DNA of 29,697 nt, taken from assembly GCA_046582655.1 (NCBI GenBank), contig JAYGDX010000330.1, forward strand, positions 1 through 29,697. The letters are read 5' to 3'. The notes beneath the pieces were generated by a model, which did not search any database, was not told the origin of the DNA, and saw nothing but the letters and a program-made list of their open reading frames with translations. This document shows positions 1 through 8,663 of the stretch, in pieces (the first letter of the stretch is position 1; each line of letters opens with the position of its first letter). Made by a program: the position numbers and the translations under genes. Origin of the DNA: Candidatus Poribacteria bacterium (GTDB lineage Bacteria > Poribacteria > WGA-4E > UBA9662).

Positions 1-261
1 ACGCATGATGAGATACTCGGTATCTTCATATGTAACTTCGGTTCCAGCAAATTTTCCGAATAAAACTTTGTCGCCTTCGGACATATCGACTGGTTGGCGT
101 TCGCCGTCGTCACCGCGTGCACCTGGCCCAACAGCCTTGACGACGCCTTCTGATGGCTTCTCTTTGGCAGTATCGGGAATGATAATGCCGCCACTGGTAG
201 TTTGCTCGTCTTCATCAAGCCGCTCAACCAGAATTCTGTCTCCGAGGGGTTGAATTGCCAT
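1..261 (-). CDS. groES: Co-chaperonin GroES (3' end cut off by the window edge)
   Basis: Not in the ORF track. Manual minus-strand translation from ATG at 261: [47 protein letters not shown]...[13 protein letters not shown]...YLIMR, with the typical [18 protein letters not shown] and AVGPG motifs. AGGAGG Shine-Dalgarno (SD) just upstream. Confidence 0.97.
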   Translation of the reverse strand, partial: MAIQPLGDRILVERLDEDEQTTSGGIIIPDTAKEKPSEGVVKAVGPGARGDDGERQPVDMSEGDKVLFGKFAGTEVTYEDTEYLIMR

Positions 262-318
262 AGAATCCTCCTAAAGTTTTTGATATTTTTTTGGTATCTG
301 CTGGATGAAAGGAACTCC

Positions 319-365
319 ATCTAACCGTTTACTAAATCTGCTGCATTTCAGCAAACGGCTTAGAT
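319..365 (-). other. Long imperfect stem-loop at the 5' end of the predicted groES leader
   Basis: Minus strand ATCTAA-G-CCGTTT-GCTGAAAT-GCAGCAG-ATTTAGT-AAACGG-TTAGAT. The outer arms ATCTAA/TTAGAT and CCGTTT/AAACGG pair, and the inner arm extends with G-U pairs. Confidence 0.7.
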
Positions 366-370
366 TGTGG

Positions 371-399
371 ATTCTATCTTAAACGGCCCCATTTGTCAA
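371..399 (-). promoter_or_regulatory. sigma70-type promoter for groES
   Basis: Minus strand TTGACA (399-394), 17-nt spacer AATGGGGCCGTTTAAGA, TAGAAT (376-371). Predicted transcription start about 364-366. Confidence 0.8.
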
Positions 400-451
400 G
401 AAAAACGTAATAATATGCTACACGTTTAAATAAAGGCTGCGTAACAATATG

Positions 452-1429
452 TTACACTAGAACCACTTTTTTACTTTCAGCTGACTTATATGCGGCTGAA
501 ACGATTCGCATATTTCGTAGACCATCGTATCCTGACACGATAGGTTGAGCTTCTCCAGAAACACATTGAGCAAAATGCTCAAATTGCAACTGAAACAAAT
601 CTTCGAATTGGGATCCAATCACCTGCTGTTTACCATCAATCACTGTTTTAATTTTCCAACCGTCATCGTTGAAGACAACGACGGATCCATCAGTTCCATA
701 AATCTCGAGAATTTGATCTGATCCAACTGCTGTAAAACTTGTCTCTGTGACCGATTGCCCCCCATTCTTAAACCGCATCATCAGCGTGCTGGTCTCATCC
801 ACATCGTAATTATGAATAACACTATTGCAAAACGCACTCACCTCAGCCACTTCTCCAATAAGATACTCAAGCAGATCAATACTGTGGACACCAAGATCGA
901 TTAAACTGCCACCACCACTTTTGCTGGGATCTATGTGCCAATCATCTGACGGTTTGGGAGCATATTTCATGAACGGCATTCGCGCGTGAACAATACGGCC
1001 CAAGCGTCCTTCAGCTATCCACTCCTTAATCTGCTGAAATGCAGAGTGAAAACGAAAGAGGAAACAAATTTGCAGTTGAACCTCATTAGCATTGCAAGCA
1101 TCGAGCATCCGTTTACATTCGTTTACATCCATTGCCATCGGTTTGTCACACATAACATGCAAACCATTTTCTGCGGCTTCAATCGTTGGCCCACAATGCA
1201 TGTAGACTGGTGTTGAAATGTAAACGGCGTCAAGTTCTGTGTCGGAAATCAAATCTGAAACGGAAGTATAGTATCTGGATGCCTCATGCGTTTCCGAAAG
1301 GTGTTTTGCCCGATCTTCATCACGTGACATCAGCGCATGGAGTTCTGCGTTTGAGGCCTTATTGATAGCAGGCATTGCTCGACGTTGTGCTACACTTCCA
1401 GCACCGATAACTCCCCATTTTAAGCTCAT
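452..1429 (-). CDS. Gfo/Idh/MocA family NAD(P)-dependent oxidoreductase
   Basis: WGVIGAGSVA Rossmann motif, CDKPMA and GGGSLIDLGVHSID motifs. Start moved to ATG 1429 (MSLKWG), which has GGAG upstream. Confidence 0.9.
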   Translation of the reverse strand: MSLKWGVIGAGSVAQRRAMPAINKASNAELHALMSRDEDRAKHLSETHEASRYYTSVSDLISDTELDAVYISTPVYMHCGPTIEAAENGLHVMCDKPMAMDVNECKRMLDACNANEVQLQICFLFRFHSAFQQIKEWIAEGRLGRIVHARMPFMKYAPKPSDDWHIDPSKSGGGSLIDLGVHSIDLLEYLIGEVAEVSAFCNSVIHNYDVDETSTLMMRFKNGGQSVTETSFTAVGSDQILEIYGTDGSVVVFNDDGWKIKTVIDGKQQVIGSQFEDLFQLQFEHFAQCVSGEAQPIVSGYDGLRNMRIVSAAYKSAESKKVVLV

Positions 1430-1527
1430 AAGATTCTCCATCAATGATCTCTGTCTATTTAAAGTGTACCAGGGACCTCCTTTATCGTCTACCCAATATT
1501 TGGAATAATTTTTTAAATTCTGATTAC

Positions 1528-1556
1528 TTGATTTTCTGACCAAATTCAGTCATAAT
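1528..1556 (+). promoter_or_regulatory. Possible sigma70 promoter for the DUF58 gene
   Basis: TTGATT, 17-nt spacer, CATAAT, about 40 nt upstream of ATG 1596 in an AT-rich divergent intergenic region. Confidence 0.45.
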
Positions 1557-1595
1557 ATTTTATCCAAACGACAATTTCCGATTGATAATTCTAAT

Positions 1596-2489
1596 ATGAT
1601 CAAAACATCACATAATTACTTGGATCCAGTAGCACTCTCACGACTTGGCAATATGGAACTTGTAGCACGACTCGTGGTCGAAGGCTTCATCACTGGATTG
1701 CACAAAAGCCCATATCAGGGCTTCAGCGTTGAATTCTCAGAACATCGGCAGTATATGCCGGGCGACGAAATTCGGCATATCGACTGGAAAGTATACGGTA
1801 AATCTGATCGTTACTATGTCAAAAAATTTGAAGAAGAAACGAATCTACGTACATATATAGTGCTTGACGCTAGTGGATCAATGAACTATACGTTTTCTGA
1901 TCAAAGATTAACTAAGTTTCAATATGGATGTTATCTTGCCGCTTCATTAGCTTACCTGATGCTGAAGCAACGTGATTCGGTCAGTCTCACAATTTTCGAT
2001 CAAGAAATACGCGATTATATTCCACCACGCAGCAGAGCCTCACACTTGCGCGCCATCATTTCAACACTAGAGAAAACTGAGCCCAGTGGGGACACAGAAA
2101 TCAGCAAAATACTGCATGGCTTAGCCAAACGAATTGTACGACGGGGATTGGTGATTCTGATTTCCGATTTATTGGATCAACCCACCGAAGTCTTAACAGC
2201 ACTTAAGCATTTCCGGCATCGAAAACACGAGATCATCGTCCTGCATTTGATAGATGAAGTGGAGCGTGATTTCCCCTTTGACGGCACCGTGGTGTTTCGA
2301 GATATTGAAACAGGCCGCCTACTTCCTACACACGCGAATACAGTAAAAGCTAGCTACATTCGCCAATTCAATCAATTTGTTAGAGATTACCAAAGAGGAT
2401 GTGGTACCAATTTAATTGATTACGAACAAATTGGCACGGCTACAAAATTTGATTACGCACTTTCGTCCTATCTCTCCCGTAGAAAATAA
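1596..2489 (+). CDS. DUF58 domain protein (vWA-like, usually MoxR-associated)
   Basis: GLHKSPYQGFSVEFSEHRQYMPGDEIRHIDWKVYGKSDRYYVKKFEEE and LDASGSM motifs. Confidence 0.92.
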   Translation: MIKTSHNYLDPVALSRLGNMELVARLVVEGFITGLHKSPYQGFSVEFSEHRQYMPGDEIRHIDWKVYGKSDRYYVKKFEEETNLRTYIVLDASGSMNYTFSDQRLTKFQYGCYLAASLAYLMLKQRDSVSLTIFDQEIRDYIPPRSRASHLRAIISTLEKTEPSGDTEISKILHGLAKRIVRRGLVILISDLLDQPTEVLTALKHFRHRKHEIIVLHLIDEVERDFPFDGTVVFRDIETGRLLPTHANTVKASYIRQFNQFVRDYQRGCGTNLIDYEQIGTATKFDYALSSYLSRRK

Positions 2490-2805
2490 TAAAATTATTG
2501 GGTAACGGTCAAGAGAGTGAGTGATGAGATACTATTTGACACAATAAACCATGACTTTCGAATGTGGAGATGGTAACTTTTTCTACTGGTGGACAGAGGG
2601 AAAACCTATCTTAAAAGATGAAATTAAGATTCTCAAATCTTACGAGCTTCCTAATGACGCGAGTAATGATTGGATAGCATCGCAAAGGTTTTCCCAAAGG
2701 AACTGAACACTGCCGAAAAATAATACGCTTTCCAAATTCATATAGAATTTAGTCCTTATCCGTAGACACAGATTTTCCTGATGCTTAAACCGGGAGACAT
2801 ATTTT

Positions 2806-4656
2806 ATGCCAGTTATTTTAATCGTTGCTATTGCCGCAATCATTTTGCTGCTTTTAGTCCTTAGATCCACAAATTCCCAAACAAAACCAGAAGCCTACTA
2901 CGACCTCTCGGAAGAAGAGAGACACCGTCATAAATGGGGGTATGTTGACACCCGATTCGAGTTTGACGATCCAAGAAACGTTAAAGTCACCGGAAACCGC
3001 TATCCAATCTCAGGTTTCCGTATGCCGCACTTAATGCCGTTTGTTGAAGAAATGCTGAATTTTTCAATTTGTCCGGAAGATATGGCGGTTGAGAACCAAG
3101 ACCACAATATCCCACAGCCCAATATCAAGGCCAACTTCTTGAAAGCAATCGAAACCCAATTCAAGCCCGATCAATCCTCCATGGATGAGAAGGACAGGTT
3201 GGTCCACAGCCACGGACAGTTGAGTGTAGATGAGATTTATCGTATCTTGTATGGATCATCTTTAGAACGTGTCGTTGATCTGGTTTTCTTTCCTCAGAGT
3301 GAAGAGGACATCAAAGGGGTTATCGAGTTGGCAAACGAACACAATGTATGTTTAATCCCCTATGGAGGAGGAACAAATGTTAGTGGTGCATTGGCTATAC
3401 CAGCAGAAGAAGAACGAATGGTAGTCTCGGTTGATATGCAGCGGATGAATCGGCTTATCTGGATTGACGAAGAGAATTTTCAGGCCTGTATCGAGGCTGG
3501 AATCATGGGCAAACACCTAGAAAAATTGCTTAATGAAAAAGGTTATACGTCCGGTCATGACCCAGATAGTATTGAGTTTTCGACCCTTGGCGGCTGGATC
3601 TCGACGAACGCCAGCGGAATGAAAAAGAACAAGTACGGAAATATTGAAGATATCGTCATTGAGGCAACACTCGTTACTCCTACGGGAGATATAAAAACCA
3701 AGTGCATTACACCCAGAAACTCCACGGGTATTCAGCCTCAGGCATTCTTGTTTGGTAGCGAGGGTAATTTAGGTATCATTACCAAGGCCGTGATCAAAAT
3801 CCATCTCAAGCCCGAAGCGCGCAAATTTGGATCACTCGTGTTTCCTCGTTTTGAGAACGGTATTCGCTTTTTAAAAGAACTCCGGCAAAGTGGAACCTTA
3901 CCGGCCAGCATTCGTTTAGTCAATAACAATGAATTCAGGTTTGGACAAGCGTTAAAACCTAAACCAACATTCTGGAAAGGAATCATAAGTTACTTCCAAA
4001 AGTTTATCCTTTTACAAGTAAAAGGGTTCCAACCTTTGGAAATGGTTGCTTGCACCGTTCTGATGGAAGGAGCGGAAGAAGAAGTCAATCAACAAGAAAA
4101 AGCTCTCTTTCGCATTGCAAAAAGACACCAAGGAATCAGTGGTGGTGCCAGCAACGGGAAGTGGGGATATAGCTTGACGTTTGGAATCGCCTATATTCGG
4201 GATTTCTTCGGTCAGTTTCACATCTTGGGGGAAACGTTTGAAACCTCAGTACCCTGGAGTAAGGTTCTCCAAGTCTGCCAGTCCGTACAACAAGAACTAG
4301 TAGAACAAGCAGAAACCTATCAGGTACCAGGCACACCCTATCTTTCTTACCGAGTTACCCAGACCTATCACACGGGAGTGTGTATCTACTTTACCATGGC
4401 ATTCTATGGAAAAGGCTTAGAAGATCCGGATAAAGCATACCACCACATTGAGCAGCGTCTACGACAGGTAATTCTAGACAATGGAGGTTCTCTCTCTCAC
4501 CACCATGGTATTGGTAAGATTCGGCAGGGATTTCTACCCCAAGTTCACACTGAAAATAGCTTTCAGATGCTACGTCAGTCTAAGAAAACTGTGGATCCAA
4601 ACAATGTATTTGGTATCGGGAATGGTGTTTTTTATGAGTCATCCAAGACTGGTTAG
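2806..4656 (+). CDS. Alkyldihydroxyacetone-phosphate synthase (AGPS/ADPS)-like FAD-linked enzyme with an N-terminal transmembrane anchor
   Basis: IPYGGGTNV, GHDPDSIEFSTLGGWISTNASGMKKNKYGNIED, GSEGNLGIIT, PASIRL, AYIRD, GETFETSVPW, RVTQTYHTGVCIYF and SLSHHHGIGK all match AGPS motifs as recalled. Hydrophobic N-terminus MPVILIVAIAAIILLLLVL. GGAG SD. Confidence 0.88.
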   Translation: MPVILIVAIAAIILLLLVLRSTNSQTKPEAYYDLSEEERHRHKWGYVDTRFEFDDPRNVKVTGNRYPISGFRMPHLMPFVEEMLNFSICPEDMAVENQDHNIPQPNIKANFLKAIETQFKPDQSSMDEKDRLVHSHGQLSVDEIYRILYGSSLERVVDLVFFPQSEEDIKGVIELANEHNVCLIPYGGGTNVSGALAIPAEEERMVVSVDMQRMNRLIWIDEENFQACIEAGIMGKHLEKLLNEKGYTSGHDPDSIEFSTLGGWISTNASGMKKNKYGNIEDIVIEATLVTPTGDIKTKCITPRNSTGIQPQAFLFGSEGNLGIITKAVIKIHLKPEARKFGSLVFPRFENGIRFLKELRQSGTLPASIRLVNNNEFRFGQALKPKPTFWKGIISYFQKFILLQVKGFQPLEMVACTVLMEGAEEEVNQQEKALFRIAKRHQGISGGASNGKWGYSLTFGIAYIRDFFGQFHILGETFETSVPWSKVLQVCQSVQQELVEQAETYQVPGTPYLSYRVTQTYHTGVCIYFTMAFYGKGLEDPDKAYHHIEQRLRQVILDNGGSLSHHHGIGKIRQGFLPQVHTENSFQMLRQSKKTVDPNNVFGIGNGVFYESSKTG

Positions 4657-4679
4657 ATCCTTGAAACAAAAAAATATTA

Positions 4680-5489
4680 ATGTTACGAAAAAAAACAGTA
4701 GTTATCACTGGAGCCTCTTCAGGACTTGGCGCGTCTCTGGCAGTCACATTCGCTGAAATGGGAGCCAACTTGGTTCTTTTTTCGCGAAATCAGGAACGGT
4801 TGAAAGAAGTCGAGAGTTTATGTCAAGGGCCAGGTGATCGTCCTGTTATTGTAACTGGTAATATCGCCCAACCTGAAGATTGTGAACGACTTATTGCATT
4901 AGCAATTTCTCAATTTGGAACGCTGGATTACCTTATTACCAATGCAGGAATAAGCATGTGGGCTAAGTTCGAAAATATTTGTGATCTCTCCATTTTCAGC
5001 AAGATTATGGAAACAAACTATCTTGGAACGGTGCACTGCGTTTACTACGCTCTACCCCACTTGCGAAAGAGTCAAGGGATGATTGTGGCTATTTCCTCAA
5101 TTCAAGGAAAGATAGGAGTACCGTTTCATACTGGCTATACCGCCTCTAAGCACGCCATACAGGGATTTTTTGCTTCTTTGCGAGCTGAACTGACTGAGAA
5201 TGATATAGATATTTTGATCGTCACTCCTCATTGGTTGAGAGGTACCAGTTTACGCGAAAATGCTTTTGGAAAAGATGGGAACTCCATTGGTGTATCGTTA
5301 AGGGAACACAGTCAAGAATCAATTTCGCTTCAGGAATGCAATCAAGCTATTTTAAACGCCATCGGCAAACGACAAAAAGAACTGGTAGTTCCGCCAAAGC
5401 TAAAAATCCTTCCCTGGTTGAATTTAATTAATCCTAAGATCGTAGATTTTATCGTTAAGTGGAAGATGTTTAAACAGGATAATGAGTAA
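4680..5489 (+). CDS. Short-chain dehydrogenase/reductase, DHRS7B (PexRAP)-like
   Basis: TGASSGLG, NAGIS, METNYLG, IVAISSIQGK and YTASKHA (YxxxK). Starts 23 nt after the AGPS stop. The SDR call is firm; the subfamily is inferred. Confidence 0.85.
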   Translation: MLRKKTVVITGASSGLGASLAVTFAEMGANLVLFSRNQERLKEVESLCQGPGDRPVIVTGNIAQPEDCERLIALAISQFGTLDYLITNAGISMWAKFENICDLSIFSKIMETNYLGTVHCVYYALPHLRKSQGMIVAISSIQGKIGVPFHTGYTASKHAIQGFFASLRAELTENDIDILIVTPHWLRGTSLRENAFGKDGNSIGVSLREHSQESISLQECNQAILNAIGKRQKELVVPPKLKILPWLNLINPKIVDFIVKWKMFKQDNE

Positions 5490-5731
5490 TGGAAACCTAC
5501 CCAAATAAAACGGATCAAGAAAAAACATCAACTAGAACGGGACGCGAGTTAAATCATCAATACCAGCAATTGTTTAAGCTCCAAATTTCTATGTGTGAAA
5601 AGCTAGTAAAAATCTATTTCTATGAAGCCTGTTCCAACAGATTCGCTAGAATATCAGACTCAAAAAAAGAATCAAAAGTACAATTTTCGAATTACCTTAG
5701 CCCAAGGAATTCTCATGCGCATCCCCTTTAA
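5489..5731 (+). CDS. Hypothetical 80-aa ORF (possibly spurious or a remnant)
   Basis: ATG overlaps the SDR stop codon (TAATG). No recognisable motif. Confidence 0.25.
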   Translation: METYPNKTDQEKTSTRTGRELNHQYQQLFKLQISMCEKLVKIYFYEACSNRFARISDSKKESKVQFSNYLSPRNSHAHPL

Positions 5732-6602
5732 CCACCTTTACATACAAACTTACCCAAAATAATTTTCTTGTTGGCGTAACAGGATCTTTAATGATCACTA
5801 GGTGGATGTGGCTCCAGTTCTTAGTTTCAAACCTAATTGAGCATCGTTCCTGCAAGCTCCCATTCTATATTTTGGGTATGAGTAGCCGTGTGGCCTGTTG
5901 GGTCGTGGTCTGCTTTGGAACGTTCTTAATTTCGGCTCAGAATTATTTGCTACTGATAGCTGTTAACCTATGTCAGTCATACTCAAACACTGGTCGAAAC
6001 TGGAGACCGAGGTGAAAAAGCGAAAAAAGGTTGTCCGATATTGATTCCACAGATTCGTCAGATGGTTTTGATTAGACTTCTGGTCACTGTGACCAGGAGG
6101 AATCAGAGCCAAACGCATCGTTAATTAACCCTCCTTTGTCCAATCTTTAGAAATCTGTGTTACTTCAGAAGCGAGGTCTCACCTGACCGAACCCTGTGTT
6201 ACCGATGGAACTGTCAGAAGATCCTTGATTTGTAACAGCGAGTGTTTAAAAGATTTCTTCCAACTTTGCTCTACTAGAGCAACATCAGGTTAGTGGCAAT
6301 AGACATGAGTGATTTACCGGTTCCAGTGCTGGATCACCTTTCCATCTATGGCCACTGTAGCAAAAATGGTTATTGGGGGTACATTTCAAACATAGTCGCA
6401 TAAATTGATTTGGGGTGATTAGCTAGAGAGTACAAGGTCTACCCTTTACTCAAGGTAAAAAAACAGGATCAAACTTAGTAAGAAGGATATCATGGCTAAG
6501 AAATTCCAAGATGTACCTTACGCTAGGTGATGTGTGACGATTGGGCTGCAATTTGACCCAATTAGTAAAGATATAATAAGGTTAGTACGGCAGGCATTTA
6601 CA

Positions 6603-7931
6603 ATGAGAAATCAGCAATCCAATATCTTATTCATATGTTCTGACCAACACCAAACTATGGCGCCGGGGTGTTATGGACATTCGGAAGTGCATACGCCCAA
6701 TATTGATTGTATTGCGGCGGCAGGTGTGCGGTTTAACCGCACGTACTGCCAATCGCCGGTATGTGTGCCTGCCCGCGGGTATTGGCGTATCCTCACGAGC
6801 ATGGTGCGAGGATTTTGCAGGATGCTCTGCCGGCTGATGCATGTACTATTGCCCATCACTTTGGTAATCACAGGTATCAAACGGCGGCTATTGGTAAAAT
6901 GCATTTTGTTGACGAAACTATAGAAACATGGGTTTGATTATCGGTTGGAGCTGGGTGATTTTCGCAAGACACTTACAGGCAGTGAATGGCAGGAGTTGCG
7001 CCGGGATCAGAGTGGTGGCGGGATTATAGGGCGTCCATCCAGGCTTTCGTCGCGTTATTTTCAGGATACGTACTATGCTAATGAAACGGTGCGGTATCTT
7101 CGTGAAAAGAGAGATCCGGACAAACCATTTATTCTCTGGTCGTCGTACTTTATGCCACACACACCTCCGGTGCCGATGCTAGAATATTTTAACCTGTACA
7201 ACCCTAAAACACTCACGCTTCCCAAACGCAGTGAAAATGCCCTGAAAACGGGATTTGAGGGGCATATCATTCGCGCCAAACAACGCGGATGATATGATCA
7301 AACCGATGAAGAACTCAGGTATGCGCTGGCTGGATACTATGGCAATATCAGTCAGATGGATGCGTGTGTGGGTAAAGTGCTCGACACACTTTATGACCTC
7401 GATCTTGGCCAGAATACTATTATTCTTTACACCTCAGATCACGGCGACATGGCAGGTGCTCACCGGATGTGGACGAAACACAATATGTATGAGCAGTCGG
7501 TTTGTGTGCTTCTAATTGTGCGCTTACCCGATGACCGGGATGCAGGGACAGTTCAGGATCACCTGATTGAGCACCTCGATCTCTATCCTACGCTTGCCGA
7601 ATTGTGCAATTTGCCGGCGCCGAAAAATATCCAGGGTAGGAGTTTTGCGCCGCTACTTTGCAATGAAACGTATGAACCTAGGGAATATGTTTATTCAGAA
7701 TATGACTTCTGTCACAGTGTTTTTACACAGGATGATCGCTATGTCGGCAAACCACCCATCTTGATGGTACGAACAGATCGGTGGAAACTGAATTATTTGA
7801 GTTGGGCACGGTCGGAACTTTTTGATCTCGAGAAGGATCCGAATGAATTTACGAATGTCGTTGATGAGTTGGGAAATGCATGGATTGTAAGAAAGCTTAC
7901 TGAAATTGCAGAGCGGATGTATTCATTATAA
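6603..7931 (+). pseudogene. Disrupted S1 family sulfatase (choline-sulfatase-like)
   Basis: NILFICSDQH and CQSPVCVPAR (CxPxR); frameshift near 6785 into YPHEHG...TAAIGKMHF; frameshift near 6920 into HGFDY...PHTP; in-frame TGA at 7290-7292; then YYGNISQMD...TSDHGD...ELFDLEKDPNE. Confidence 0.88.
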
Positions 7932-8434
7932 AGGTTTCGGTGTGTTGTAGATGTACCACAAGCCGACCAGTGATACGTTAGAGCATGGCGAAAATTGTTA
8001 CCAAACCGTTATAAAACGCTGGATTTCAGCCTTGTGCTGTTATGGTTTACAAGCCACCAAGGAAGCGCACTACTGACACTGTATGCAAGATATGGGATAG
8101 TGGGCCGTTCTCCCCAAATACTATTAGGATTGTATATGCATTAAGAACTATTGTGCGGTGAAATTCAAATTGAAGCAAACTCAAATTTGGGAGGCATTGT
8201 TGTGAAGCAAAAGATATTTATTGCTCGGGTTGCTTGTTTTGCTTTTTGCGCCAGCGGCATGGTGGCATTCGAAGAAGTCATTATCGGGACTACCTTCGGG
8301 AAAAGTTAGATATCTGCGGCGATTTTTCTGAAAAGGGAATAGGAAGTATGCATCGCGAGATGGTTGAAACCTTTATTAAGACCCCCTTTGAAGAATATGT
8401 TGCGAAACCCATCTGCGTATCTGGGAAAGACCCC

Positions 8435-8477
8435 CTCTAGCTGCTAGAGAGGTTCTCACTGAGATCTCGAATCTCAG
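8435..8477. terminator. Two small adjacent hairpins between convergent genes, possibly a terminator
   Basis: CTCTAG-CTG-CTAGAG (8435-8449) and CTGAGAT-CTCGA-ATCTCAG (8459-8477). No strong U-tract. Confidence 0.25.
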
Positions 8478-8663
8478 AGATACGCTTAGAAGTGATTAAC
8501 CAATTGCTTCCTGACAAGAATACGTTTATAAGTCAATATTGAAAGGCTTACGTAGGAAACTATGATGATAGAGTTTAAGGAAATATTAAGTAAGATTTGA
8601 AAAGAGTGGATGCAATGTCACGAACATCTCTTTGCCTAGTACTCGAGGCTAGACTTTTTATTA

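Noticed and set aside
5..253. 82-aa plus-strand ORF in the track
   Set aside because: Antisense shadow of groES, which has a clear family signature, SD and promoter on the minus strand.
2551..2706. 51-aa ORF upstream of the AGPS gene
   Set aside because: No clear SD and no recognisable motif.
5870..6125. Possible IS701/IS4 transposase C-terminal remnant (GEKAKKGCPILIPQIRQMV...RRNQ)
   Set aside because: Only a vague resemblance. No DDE motif, terminal inverted repeats or target duplication seen.
8190..8440. Short ORFs after a GGGAGG SD with a signal-peptide-like start (MKQKIFIARVACFAFCASG)
   Set aside because: Stops after about 35 codons and matches no family I recognise. Possibly a remnant, but not supportable as a gene.
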